This document shows, in pieces, positions 21,265 to 34,514 of a DNA stretch of 64,000 bases. The notes below the pieces were generated by a model. It was not told the origin of the DNA and made no database searches. It was given only the letters and a program-made list of their open reading frames with translations. A program made the position numbers and the translations under genes. The DNA comes from Paraspadella gotoi (lineage: Eukaryota; Animalia; Chaetognatha), in NCBI GenBank assembly GCA_051294375.1, contig CM119265.1, positions 25,800,767 to 25,864,766 on the forward strand, read 5' to 3'. Numbering within the stretch: the first letter of the stretch is position 1; each line of letters opens with the position of its first letter.

Positions 21265-22863
21265 CCGAACCCCACCGAGTTCGCCGGAGATTCCCGTCGA
21301 TCGCCGAGGACGTCGTCCCACCCGTCGGCGGCGGAATGCCCGGATGAGTCGTTGACGTTCTCAAGGTCGTCGTCGTCGTTGTTGTTGTTGTTGTTGTTGT
21401 CGATGGTGGTCATATTGTTGTCCTGCATGAAAAAAAATCCTTACCGTTTACTCTACTGAACTAATATAGCCCAATAGAGCTAACCGGTTGGACTGGCTTG
21501 AGACAGAGAGAAAGAGAAGAGATGACGTTTCAATTCGACGTAGATATAATCGGCCAGTTCCTTAAGTATCTGGAAATTATAAACAATAGTAATTAATGCA
21601 CTAGCATCTAGCATTTGAGAAGCGAAAAAAAAAGGTGAGAAAAGTAATTTGGATGAATAAAGAAGGCGTGGGTAATAAAATAATTATGTGAAGGACTTTT
21701 GAAGAAGAAAAGAAAGCTTTTGAAAAAAAAATACATTCGGAACGTCAAGTGATACATGTAACGCAGACGACGACGACAAGCCCATTGAAAAATGCATTCG
21801 CTATTTATTTAAGACAAACTTAAACTCGAAATATTGTTGAGGGTGGAACTCGAATGCCTATGTCAAAGAGGAAGGGATAAATCATCTCCAAAAATATAAA
21901 AAAAACTACTAAAAATAACAACGTGTTTCGTCACCGAAAAACGAAAAAGTAAAAATCAGCGGCCGAGGTACTCTTAAAATCGTGTAACAAAAATCATTAA
22001 AGCTTCCTTGAAAGTTTGCGGGGTCCTGCTGTGAAATTGGTACAACCAATATAAAAATTATCCATTCATTTAATAAATAAGCTATCTTGCCCCTGACTTT
22101 TGATAGGCTATCGGATATACCTATTACAAGATATTGTCATAGCTCTTAGCCCCAAGATGAATAATTTAACATTGTTTCTACCAATTTCAATAAAAATAGA
22201 AATCCAATTGTGCGCAGACTTTCCCGCGCTCACGTTTAGGTTTTTCACGGATATCTCCGACCGTGATCTTTCACAGAAATTGGCAAGAGAATGAAAGTGA
22301 ATCCATCTCATTCCCGTCACCATTCGCTCCGGCGACCGAGAACTCTCACCAGGGGGCGACTTCATTATAAATTCCTTCGTCTCATTCCGCTCCCGGAAAA
22401 AAAAATAGTGTCGCCTTTCGATGTCCACAACAATAAAGTGTCGAGGCGTCGGTCGGTCGGTCGGTCGGTCGCGTCGTGTCGTCGGATCGGTCGGTCGGTC
22501 GGTCGGATCGGTCGGTCGTGTCGGTCGTCGTCGGTCGATCGGTCGGTCGGTCGATCGGGTCGATCGGTCTCGGTCGTCGGTCGTGGTCGATCGGTCGTGG
22601 TCGTCGCTTTCGTCGGTCGTCGTCGTCGGTCGTCGGTCCGTCGGTCGTCGTCGTCGGTCGTCGGTCGTCGGATCGTCGGTCGGTCGGTCGGTCGGTCGTC
22701 GTCGGTCGTCGTCTCGTCGTCGTCGACGTCGTCGTCGCGTCGTCGTCCGTCGTCGTCGGCGTCGTCGTCACGTCGTCGTCGTCGTCGTCGTCGTTTGGAC
22801 CAAAGTACCGATGACTTTAGAGAAAGGAGACGAGACCTCATAACTAAGCCACAACAAAAACAT

Positions 22864-22918
<55 letters not shown>

Positions 22919-25104
22919 ACTCTCATCTCTCTTCTCACTCTCANNNNNNNNNNNNNNNNNNNNNNNNNGACTGAGCAATAGGGTTGGAGCTGATGAAAAG
23001 ATTAGGTGATTGAACATTCATTTTTTTGCTGCCTATGGATATATATATGAATGTAATTCTGTAAATTCCTTTAAAATTTTTTTAGGCATAACGATATAGC
23101 AAATTCATTATTTATGTAGTAATATCCTATGAAAATCGGTGCAAATTTCAAATAATTTTTTTTATTTTAAGAACTGATTTGGATTCGCTGTAAAATCTAA
23201 GAACTCTTTAGAAAACTATCGTTTTACATGTCATCATTCTTAATGTCATTAGATCACAAATCATTCATTAAACACGTTAATTTAACGATATTCATGTAAG
23301 TTTCTATCCTTACTAGAGAAACAAAAAGTCAAGGAAATTTTCCACCCCTCTTTTTTCCTTATTTTTAAACATTAGAACACTCATATACAGAATTTTTGAT
23401 AAACATGTTTTTATATTTTGATTCAACTTTTTATGAAGAATCTGAAATCTCTTTATTAAATGTTTTATAAAAAAATTATTTTTAAAATTTATTATTTTTT
23501 AAGGATATATACTACAATATAATTGATATTATTTTATCTATTCTGTTCCCCGAGATAATATGAAACAAAATATTTTTTGTACTAGTTAACCATTACTATC
23601 CCTCACAATCTAACAATATGATCGACTATCAAATAACATTTTTTGTCTTGATGGCCATCGTCGTACTGAGCAAGATCCTAATAATGAACTGGCCTAGTTG
23701 TTTTTATGAACGGTTTCAATTCGACGTATAAATCGGCCAGTTCCTTAAGTATCTGGAAATATATATACATAGTATTAGCACTAGCATCTAGCATTAGAAG
23801 CGAAAAAAAAAGGTGAGAAAAGTAATTGGATGATAAAGGGTGCGGTAATAAAATAATTATGTGAAGGGACTTTTGAAGAAGAAAAGAAAAGCTTTTGAAA
23901 AAAAAAAATTTTACGGACGTCAATGTGATACATGTAACGACGACGACGACGACAACGCCCATTGAAAAATGCATTCGCTATTTATTTAAGGACAAACTTA
24001 AACTCGAAAATTGTTGAGGGTGGAACTCGAATGCCTATGTCAAAGAAGGAAGGGATAAATCATCCCAAAAATATAAAAAAAACTACTAAAAATAAACACG
24101 TGTTTCGTCACTCGAAAAAACGAAAAGAGTAAAAATCAGCGCCGAGGTAGCTCTTAAAATCGATGTAACAAAAAATCATTAAAGCTTCCTTGAAAGTTTG
24201 CGGGGTCCTGCTGTGAAATTGGTACAACCAATATAAAAATTATTCCATTCATTTAATAAATAAGCTATCTTGCCCCTGACTTTTGATAGGCTATCGGATA
24301 TACCTATTACAAGATATTGTCATAGCTCTTAGCCCCAAGATGAATAATTTAACATGTTTCTACCAATTTCTAATAAAATAGAAATCCAATTGTGACGCAG
24401 ACTTTCCCGCGCTCACGTTAGGTTTTCACGGATATCTCCGACCGTGATCTTTCACAGAAATTGCAAGAGAATGAAAGTGAATCCATCTCATTCCCGTCAC
24501 CATCCCGCTCCGGCGACCGAGAACTCTCACCAGGGGGGCGACTTCATTATAAATTCCTTCGTCTTCATTCCGTCTCCCGGAAAAAAAATAGTGTCGCCTT
24601 TCGATGTCCCACACAATAAAGTGTCGAGCGCGGTCGGTCGGTCGGTCGGTCTCGGTCGTCGGTCGGTCGGTCGGTCGGTCGGTCGGTCGGGTCGGTCGTC
24701 GGTCGGGTCGGTCGGTCGGTCTCGGTGTCGGTCGGTCGGCTCGGTCGGTCGCGATCGGCCCGGTCGATCGGTCGGTATCGGTCGGTCGGTCGGTCGGTCG
24801 ACGGTCGGTCGTCGGTCGGTCGTCGGTCGGTCGGTGTCGGTCGTCGGTCGGTCGGTCAGCGTCGGTCGGTCGGTCGGTCGCGTCGGTCGCGGCGGTCGTC
24901 GATCGGTCGGTCGGTCGGAGTCGGTCGTCGTGGTCGTCGTCCGTCGTCGTCGTCGTCGTCGTCGGTCGTCGTCCGTCGTCGTCGCGTCGTCGTAGTCGTC
25001 GTCGTCGTCGTCGTCGTCGTTTGACCAAAGTACCGATGACTTTAGAGAAAAGGAGACGAGACCTCATAACTAAGCCACAACAAAACATTCTCTCTCCTCT
25101 TTCT

Positions 25105-25135
<31 letters not shown>

Positions 25136-25428
25136 ATCTCTCTCTCTCTCTCTCTCTCCTCTCTCTCTATCTTCTCAAGCCAGTCCACCGGTTAGCTCTA
25201 TTGGGCTTAATTAGTTCAGTAGAGTAAACGGGTAAGGATTTTTTTCTATGCAGGACAACAATATGACCACCATCGACACACAACAACAACAAAACAACAA
25301 CGACGACCGACGACCTTGAGAACGTCAACGACTCTATCGCCGGGCATTCCGCGCCGACGGGTGGGGACGACGTCCTCGGCGATCGACGGGAATCTCCGCG
25401 AAACTCGGTGGTTCGGGGTTCGAAACCC
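21265..25428. repeat. Local duplication with inversion around an N gap
   Basis: 21527-22943 recurs directly at 23712-25170, and 21265-21503 recurs inverted at 25175-25428. Copies differ by scattered 1-nt indels. Includes noisy (GTCG)n/(GTC)n tracts at 22445-22795 and 24625-25020. Confidence 0.85.
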
Positions 25429-26465
25429 CTCCATATCAGCTCTTTGACGTTCTAGTTCGGGACACGCAAGGTGACTTCCTGTCCGATCATGACGCACTTT
25501 ACCAAGGGAAGAAACAAAGGTCAAGCAGCTCAATTACACCAGCCAGGCACGAATTGTACAAAGGTATCGAGTGCGTGGCATAGAAACAGAAAAGAAGAAC
25601 AGTAAGAACTATTAGCGTCTAATGAGTGATAAACTACAATCCTCTGATGTAGCAACAGCACCCTATATGGATGACCCGCCGTCAAAACGATAAAGTGAAA
25701 CAAAAAAAAAATCAAACACACAAGGAACATATCTGTCCGTTTGCAATATGTATAGCACATCCTAGTCTCGAGCAAATGGCGTTGCGTCACCCATATCTCA
25801 GCATCTATCTGACTCACCTCACTGTCTGAAGTCTTAACATCGAAGGGTATCTCCTACCTTCAAGACTAATTAAAATACCCGTCGCCGCTCTCAGAAATAC
25901 AGACCCTCATAGAACGATACATATATATACAATACATAAAGTTGGAAACGATCTATTACATTGTAGTCTGAAATTCTTACCATTATATATCCAGACTTCC
26001 GCTCTCCCTTTCTTGTCTCGACCCGCAATAGCCTGTCAGAAAATTATTGTCTCATTTTAAGTCTGTCAATTGTTCATTGTCCATTACCCATTTTACAAAT
26101 AACGAATTGTTTCAATTTCTTTTTTTTTCGATGCGTTTAAAGTTAGAACGACATAATAATTGTATTTGCGATGACAACAACAACAACAACAAGTAATGAG
26201 TTATAACAATTTCATACGTACCCTTTTCTCTCTTTTGTATCTCACAAAAACTGTTTTCTCTCTTCACCAAAATTCTCTTCTTACTTTTCATCTTTCACAG
26301 AATCACTGTTTACATTAAGCGCTCATCCCTAAAAACTAAATGGGTCTCAAAATCTTTTTTCTTTCGCTCAACTGAAGAACAAAGAAGAGAATCACAGAAT
26401 CGATGTCACATATGAAATCCTCACCCGATTCACGTCTGGACTTCGATTCCCTTGCATTTTCTCAC

Positions 26466-26584
<119 letters not shown>

Positions 26585-26661
26585 ACAGCTGTGAGAAAAG
26601 CGAACCACAGCGAGAAACGAGGGAAAAATTCTGAGTGAATCTTATTTTTGTATCGATTTTA

Positions 26662-26783
26662 ATCTCACAATAGCGGATCGTACGTTTTGATCTCACAATA
26701 GCGGATCGTACGTTTTGATCGCACAATTGCGGATCGTACGTTTTGATCGCACAATTGCGGATCGTACGTTTTGATCGCACATT
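26662..26783. repeat. 28-bp tandem repeat, ~4.3 copies
   Basis: Unit atcgcacaattgcggatcgtacgttttg, directly adjacent with no spacers. Confidence 0.9.
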
Positions 26784-27669
26784 GTTGAGAACAATGACCA
26801 AAGTCGTTAATCGTTGATCTCAGGTTGACCATTGGTTGACCACTTGACTTGACTATTGGTCATTAGTCAAATCATATTATTTTTTTCATAATGTTATTGA
26901 ATAATGATATTGAATGTACCCATTATAAGATAATATAGTTTGTTCGTTTTTTTCTTATCAGTTGTTTTAACTGGAAGCAAAGTAAATTTTAACAATAACC
27001 AAATCGAAATGTATTCAAAACGGTCTTACTTAAACTTGACTGTGAGAAAGTCTTGATTGGCGAGTTTTATGGAAATAGTCCTTTGCCTGCTTCAAGTAAG
27101 ATGAGAATATTGCCTTTCCTATTTATAGAATGTTTCATTTTGGGCGTTTGTATGAAATTTAAAGATAAAGCATAATGTATATTATAAGTATGTTCATATC
27201 GACATACACCGGCCAGACGGAAAAGGTAAGGAGCTCTCAATCAGGACATCTAGGTAAGCGTACCCAAAGGGCCCAGCGACGAACTTCTATACCCTTACTT
27301 TTAAGATTTGAGAAGGAGGAGGAAGAGGAGAAGAATTAGGTGAGGAAGGGAAAAGATAACGTGAGAATGGGGAAAACAACGGAAAGAGAGGAGAGGGGGT
27401 TTGCGGGTTTTACGTCCTTGGTGGGTCGGAGGTGGGGGCCGGAGGGCGGAATTGATCGGGCGGAGGTGGCGGGGGGGGGAGATGGGTCGAGAGAAGGAAG
27501 GGGAGGTTAGAGGGGAAGGGGGAGGAAGCGGAGGGGGGAGGGGGAGGGAAGAGGAGGAGGAGGGGGAAGGCGGAATTGAAAGGGAGGTTGGCCGGGAGGC
27601 AGTGGTTCTTTGTGGCGGAATCAATGTGGAAGGAAGAGAGAGAAAGGAGGAGAGAGAGAGGAGAGGGAG

Positions 27670-27715
<46 letters not shown>

Positions 27716-28664
27716 AGGGTTGGGGGGAGATGAGAGGTGGAGAGACGGGAGAGAGAGAGAAATGAATCAATTGAATTTAAGAAAATGGGAATTGAAAACT
27801 TTTAGCTGGGTAATTGAAATATAGAAGAAAAAATGAGGAAAAAGATGAAGAGGGAGACAAGTAGTAACTAAATGAGAGAGAAAATCCTCTGGGCAAAATT
27901 TCATTGAAAGACAAAATCAATCAAAGAGTAAAAACGAGAAAGAAAAAAAAAAAAAAGTAATGTGATTGTTGAGGAGAAGAAATCTCTATACCCACGCAGA
28001 CGGAAGCCACAAGTCACTGACCCCACGTGACTCCACGTGACCGGTTTCTCCTCTTCGAATGTCCGGAACAAAAAAAAGAAGCGGCTTTTATCTCTCGGTC
28101 TATCAATTCACTCGATTCTCACAAGTTCACAGTGAACTTCACACCCTGATTGCTCTTTTTTTGGTGTAGTGATTCTTCTATCTCATTTATTTCGAAAACA
28201 AAAGTTTTTCATTGACAAAAAATCATTCAATCTCTCTTTTTTTTTGTGTGGAATGCAATACGGAATTGTCAGGAGGCAAGGTTGCTTCCAACCACCTTCT
28301 TAATTTCCAGTATGTCATCCTTCGATGCTCCCCGGGGGGGCTGGGGCGGCCCCTGGGGTGGCCCCGCGGGCGGCCGGGGGGCAAGCAAATCCTTCTGCTA
28401 GGGGGCCCCTGTAGGCCTTTTTTTTTAGGCCCAAGGGCATCCAGGATCCCAGGGGCTTAACCCTTTCCCGGGGGCCACCCCAGGGGGATAAATGCCTGCC
28501 CCTGGACGGCTCTCTCTCTCCTATTTCTCATCTCTCTCGTCACTCTCTTTCTCACTCTTTTCTTTCTTTTTCTTTTTTCATCTTTTATTAAATAAATTAT
28601 AAAAATAAAATAATATCTTTCACTTCAATTAATCAATCAATGAACAATAGTGGCGCCATACCAA

Positions 28665-29100
28665 TTGCATAATTTGGTTTAACTTGTATTTTAGTCAATG
28701 ACATAATTTTGTCACTGACATAATTTGGACAATGATATATTTGGTCAACTTTTAGAATTTGGTAAAAAGCTTTCATAATTTGGTAACTTTTATAATTTGG
28801 TCAACTTTCATAATTTGGTCAACTTTAACATTTGGTTCACTGGCATAATTTAGTAATTTTTTTGTTATAATTTAGTCAACTTGCTAATTTGGTTAACCTT
28901 CAATAATTTGGGTAAACTTTCATAATTTTTGGTCAACTTTCATAAATTTGGTCAACTGATTACTTTGGTCAACTTTTTAGAATTTGGTAACTTTTAGAAT
29001 TTGGTCAACTTTCTATAATTTGGTCAACTGTCCATAAGTTGGTCAACTGTCATAATTTGGTCAACTTGCATAATTTAGTCAACTGCGTAATTTGGTCACA
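28665..29100. repeat. ~20-bp minisatellite (cataatttggtcaacttt-like), ~20 copies
   Basis: Degenerate tandem units, flanked by GC-rich blocks at 28330-28510 and 29860-30065. Probably part of a transposon. Confidence 0.8.
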
Positions 29101-30587
29101 ATCAACTTAACATTAGCAATTATTAATTTCCAATCTGTAAAAAATAGAAAGAGAGAAAGAGTGAGAAATTTTTAATAAAATTCCCAGTAAATATGACTTT
29201 TGGTTTTTCTATTAAAAACTCACTTTCCACTTGCATACTTTTTCTACCCACACAAATTTTATTTTTAATTATCTATGAAATTTAAATAGTAAGAAATAAT
29301 AGTAGGATGGTTTTATTTTTTTAATTTCATTTAAAAAAATTAATTAATTTCATTAATTATTAATTATTATACAGTCTTTAGTCCGTCCTTAGCATTAACT
29401 CAAATTATTCATGATTAGATATATAGATTAGAAAATCTTTGTTAGTGGGTAGAAAAGTGGTGTGACTGAGCAGGATATAAAGTTTTGCTCACTTTCTCTC
29501 TCAAACATAGCCATTCTCACAGTGAGTTTCATCTGAGGCAATCTACAAATGACAATTATTAATTACAAATCTTTAAAATGAAAAATATTTCACGTTAACA
29601 ATAATTTGAAAAAAAATGTAGTATTTTTTAGTACATACAAAAGTCTTGAAGATAGAGAGAGAAAAGATAGGAGGAGAGAAGAATGGCAGAAAGAGAGAAA
29701 AAGATAGAAAAAAGAGGAGAGAGGAGAGAAGAGAAGAGAGAGAGAGAAGTGTGAGAGAAAGAAGAAAGAGAGAGTAACAGGACAGGGAGAGATCCTTCTC
29801 AGAATCATACATTGGTCAGAAAGTATATTTTCTTATTAAACTTTGCTCTCTCCCTTAACTCCCTGGGGAGACTTTTTTTTTGGCTCCCCGGGGTTACTCC
29901 AGGGGCAGACTTTTTTGGGCCATGGGGCCGCCGCAGGGGGTTTTCCCTGGGGGCCAACATTTTTGTGGTCTATTAGGGCGCCCCCTCAATGACATTTTTG
30001 CTGCCTCCCTGGAATAGTCTGCCCCCTGGGGCCGGCCCTAGAGCCGCCCGGGGGGGCCGGGAGGATTGGGAGATGAATATTCATTCTCCGCTTTCAGCTA
30101 TTCTTCGGTATCCCACGTATTCAATTATTTTATCTTGGATTCTTTTCGCTTTTTGACATACAAACAGCGCAATACTTGACCCTCCTCCTCCGAGGTATAG
30201 CCAAGCCAGTTAACCTCCTCCTTACCCTCCCTCTCCCCTTCCTTCCTCCTACTTCTATCTCTCCCCCTCCTTTTTCCTACTTCTCTTCCTCCTCCTTACA
30301 GTCGCTTTTCACAGTCAACTCACTTTCTTCTTTTCAAAAAAAAAAATAATAATATAAATTTCAGAAGCTAAAAAAAAAATTATAATCTTCAAATCTCTCG
30401 AGATTTCTGAATATTTTTTTTTCCGTTCTGTTCGTCGTAGATTCTCCGACTGATTTTCGTCGCAGATCTTCCAACGGATCGTTGCTCTCGTTCGCCGTTA
30501 TCGTCGCGATCGTCGTTCTTATCGTCGTTAACCATCGTCGCTGCCCGCAAAGGACGAAGTCGTCGTTAGGACGATGATCAGAGATGA

Positions 30588-30619
<32 letters not shown>

Positions 30620-30745
30620 CTCAACGTCATGATCATAATCGTGATGGGCAAACTCATCCCATTTATAATTATCGTCATTTTTATAATTGTCGTAATCATC
30701 AATATCGTTATTTTCGTCATCATCGTATTTTGCATCGTCGTTCGT

Positions 30746-30779
<34 letters not shown>

Positions 30780-31665
30780 AAATTGGTCAATGTCGCCTCG
30801 GCGTCAACAACAACCACAACAACAACAACAACGGCGTAAGGTTATCGCATTTGACGAATTCGACTTTTCGTTGTCGAATGTAGTTCATCGGTCGGTCAGT
30901 TCGTCATGGCTCCGTTGCCGAGCGCCCGTCGGGGCTCGGGACCCGTCTCGGCTCATGGCCGGGTCAGTCTGTGGCAGAAACCCGTCTTTTTTTTGGCGGG
31001 CTCGGAATTTAGACTTGAAACGAATTTCATCTTTTCTTTCAAAACATATTGTTGAGTTATGACGAAAAGTTAAGTTAATCATCGATAAGAAAACTAAAAT
31101 TAACAACAACAAACAACACCCCCAGTTCACTGCCGGCGACTGCCCCTCAAAGAGAGGGAATCCGATCGGGCGTCGTCATTGTCTTGCCCGAGAGAAAATC
31201 GAATTTGGTTTTTTTTGAAAAATTTGATTTATTTTTGTTTCTTATTTTCAGTTTGGTCACGTGACGAATCGTAACCGCGAAAAATTTGACGCCTTCGTTG
31301 ATTCTCTAATCTTCTCTCTCTCTCTCTTCTCCTCTTCTGTCTCTCTCTCTCTGTCTCTCTCTCTCATCTTTCCCTTTCTAACCTTCCATTAACTTACACC
31401 ATATTTTTAATTCTTTCTCTCCAAACTCACGCTTCCTTCAATCAAATCAATCAATCAATCAAATCCGCTGAGCCAATCCCTCACTCGTCAGTTCTCGCTC
31501 GGTTAAATCTGCACTCTGCCGACTGTTTCTACTCTATGTCTCTGCCGTATAAATGTCCGTCCAAATATAACCCCTTTTTTTTTTTTTGCTCGGCGAGTTT
31601 TTGGCCGCGACCGGATTTTGACTTAAACCTTTTCGGTCGCTGCGGTTCCAAGGCCCCCATGGTGG

Positions 31666-31725
<60 letters not shown>

Positions 31726-32394
31726 GAGAGAGAAAGCTTCTGAAACGAGTTAGCGTATTACCGTTTGTCATCGTATGTAATTCGATGTCACTTTTTTAGC
31801 CAGTACTGAATTAACCATTTTGGTTTATTTTAGATCAATTTGACTTCTAATTAATCGATTCTTTTTTCTACATTGGGGTTCATCCTGATTTAATTTTCCT
31901 TCATTTTGCTTTCGCCCGTGATTTTCTTTTCTTTGTATTTTCTTCTTATTTTTTTTCTATTTTTTTCTAATTTTGTTAAAGATGTAAGGCTCGCCTGCTT
32001 TCGCGTCGGATCAGAAGTAAGGACGTTTTCGATAAGTAGTATCTGTGGTCTCTCTTTCTTACGCTTCAATTTTCCGGGAGTTTCGCCACTTTTTTAAGTT
32101 TTTATTGAATTCTCACCAAAAAATGGGTTCGCCCGGAGAAACTTGGTTCTTACGAGTCTCCGAGGGATATCTTGAATATCTTGGATATCTTGAATAGAAA
32201 ATTCCCTCGCCCCTTCGACCTCTTTCTTTTTTTAAACGGCGAATTTGTTTTCTTTCGGTCTTAATTGAAATCACCTTTTCATTTTTTAATTTATTCTCCT
32301 TTTTTTTTTACAGTATAGTAGTACTCCCTCTCTTTACCCGTCCCCGCCTCCGCACAAGTTTTTCTTCTCAAGCTTTCCGTCTAACGTCGCCAGT

Positions 32395-32650
32395 CGCTCT
32401 GACCAATCGCGTTCGTTCTCGCCGATTAATCTCGGAACTTCTTCTCCTTCCGATTGGTCAATTTCTTCCCTCGATTCGATTCCAGCGTCACGACGCGTAT
32501 TATCAATCATAGTCTCTTTCCCAGCCGCTGCTCGCAGCCGCGTTCGCCGCTGTGTCGCCGCTGATTCTGTGCAGCGTCGCCGCGTCTTCCTGCATCCGCC
32601 GAAGCAGCGATCGACGCGGCCTGCTGCGGTCGCGGGCTCTTTTCTCGTCA
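32395..32650. promoter_or_regulatory. Candidate promoter / GC-rich first-exon-like island
   Basis: tgACCAATCg at ~32400 and inverted cgATTGGtca at ~32450, followed by a CpG-rich, GC-rich block (32520-32640) in an AT-rich background. No convincing ORF. Confidence 0.35.
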
Positions 32651-34481
32651 GACGAACGGACGAGCGAATTTTTTTTTCCGTTTCAAGTTCGACTAAACAA
32701 AAAAAAAAACATTTTTTTTTCGTTGGAACGTATGAAAATTGTCAAATCACTGTATTACTATGTTAAAATATACAAATGTTATACCTTGTATATTAAATAT
32801 TTAGTTAAACTTTCTTCATCACTACTATTTTTTATGCGGTTCGGAAATACAACAATTTGTCGTATTATTTATTTTCTGATTAATCAACAACATCCGCTTT
32901 GTTTTTTTCTTTTTGTTGTCTTCAAATCGTCATTTTCGTCATTGTCATCGACACTGTCGTTTTTGTCATCGTTTTTGTCATCGATTTCATTCATTGTCTT
33001 TAATTTTTTGTTATCGATGTCGTCGTCGTCGTCGCACTTGTAGGACTTTTTGATCGAAGGGGGAAAGAGCAAGGAATCGCTTCTGCTTTTTTTTTTTTTT
33101 TTTTTTTTGCTCTTGCTTTATCGCTCCTGTTTTATGTCTCGTGCTTTTTTTTAACTTATATTAATGTAAAATAATGAAAGAAAGATACAAAATGCAAACA
33201 AAAATAAAATTAAGTCTCAACTATTAAACAAATAACTGAAAGAAGTATTATTTGATTATTTCTGTTGAATGTCTCCTTTGGCTTCAAACTTCGAAGAAAT
33301 AAAAATGAAAGAGTAAGGAAGCGCTAGTTTAAATATCGTCTTTTCCTTCGTTTAAATACTCAATGTCTCTTCCAAATACCACTGATACCCTGAATCAGGC
33401 CTGATCGCTATCTCCTTCGTGATCCTCATCATTTCCTTCTCCCCGTCGTCCTCATAAAATGACATTTTTTCTCGTGACCGTAATCTTCGCCGACGTCGTC
33501 TTTGTCAGTTTTATATTTCGTCATCGTCTCCTTTCTCGTTTTTGTCCGAATCACCTTCTTGCTTTGTCACAGTCGTCGTCGTCGTCAATGTATTCGCAAT
33601 CCTTTGAAATCATCTCACGATTCCATTTTCAGATTTCGCACCGAATTTTTTTTATGACAACTTTTTTTTACTGACATACGAAACTTCTCAGTTCTCACAA
33701 AAATAATTGATTAACTATTTTGTGAGCGATTTTAGTTTTAACAACGAGTTTCTTACGGAGGAAAATCTAAAATCTAAAATCATGTAATCACGTGATCACG
33801 ACGTCGCGTTTCGTCGTTCGACTCATTCGACTGAGTCAGAATCCGTGAGTGAAAAAAAAATTGAGTCTCACGGAATCTGAACCAATTTCAATTTGGGCGA
33901 GCGGCTTCATTTTTTGACGAGCGAAATTGGTACGACCAATTTAAAATTATGCATTCGATCAATAAGCTATCTTGCCCCTGACTTTGGACACGCTATGATG
34001 GTTTAGGGCCTTTATCACTCTTACAAGACACAAGACTCTCTAAAATGCTTACTTAAAATTATAAATTATCAGGGCATTAAATTATCTTAATATCAAAAGT
34101 TATCTTTCCTTCTGACTGAAATTCTTAGTTCATGCGTGGTTCATCGAGGATTAAATTAAATATTTAAAAAAATAAATAATTAAAATTCTTTTTTCCTTCC
34201 GTTTCTCCCACTTTCTCTACGACGTTTTCACTTTCCTTCAAAAAAATAATTCTTAATTACAAGTTGTTAAAAAATAATTAGAAAAACTATTTTCTCACAT
34301 AATTTTAAATGATATTTTCTTGGTTTTTATTATTTTTTTTTTTGGTTTGAGCTGAGATTTCAAAAAAAAAAGTAACAATTTTTACAAATGGGATTTTTAC
34401 TTTCGACCGAAACTTCGTTAACGTCATTCCCTTGAATCATGACCACCTCGTTTCGACAAATACATTGTTTACAAATCCAAG

Positions 34482-34514
<33 letters not shown>

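Noticed and set aside
22291-25227. 200+ aa R/S/V/G- and T/D/R/P-rich ORFs
   Set aside because: These are translations of stop-free (GTCG)n/(GTC)n microsatellites, and the frames are not preserved between the two duplicate copies.
25430-26050. Compositionally distinct, random-looking segment as a possible foreign insert
   Set aside because: No meaningful ORF, termini or TSD. It adjoins a noisy duplicated block and may be low-quality read sequence.
26662-26783. 28-bp partly palindromic repeats resembling a CRISPR array
   Set aside because: Units are directly adjacent with no unique spacers, there are no cas genes, and the context is eukaryotic.
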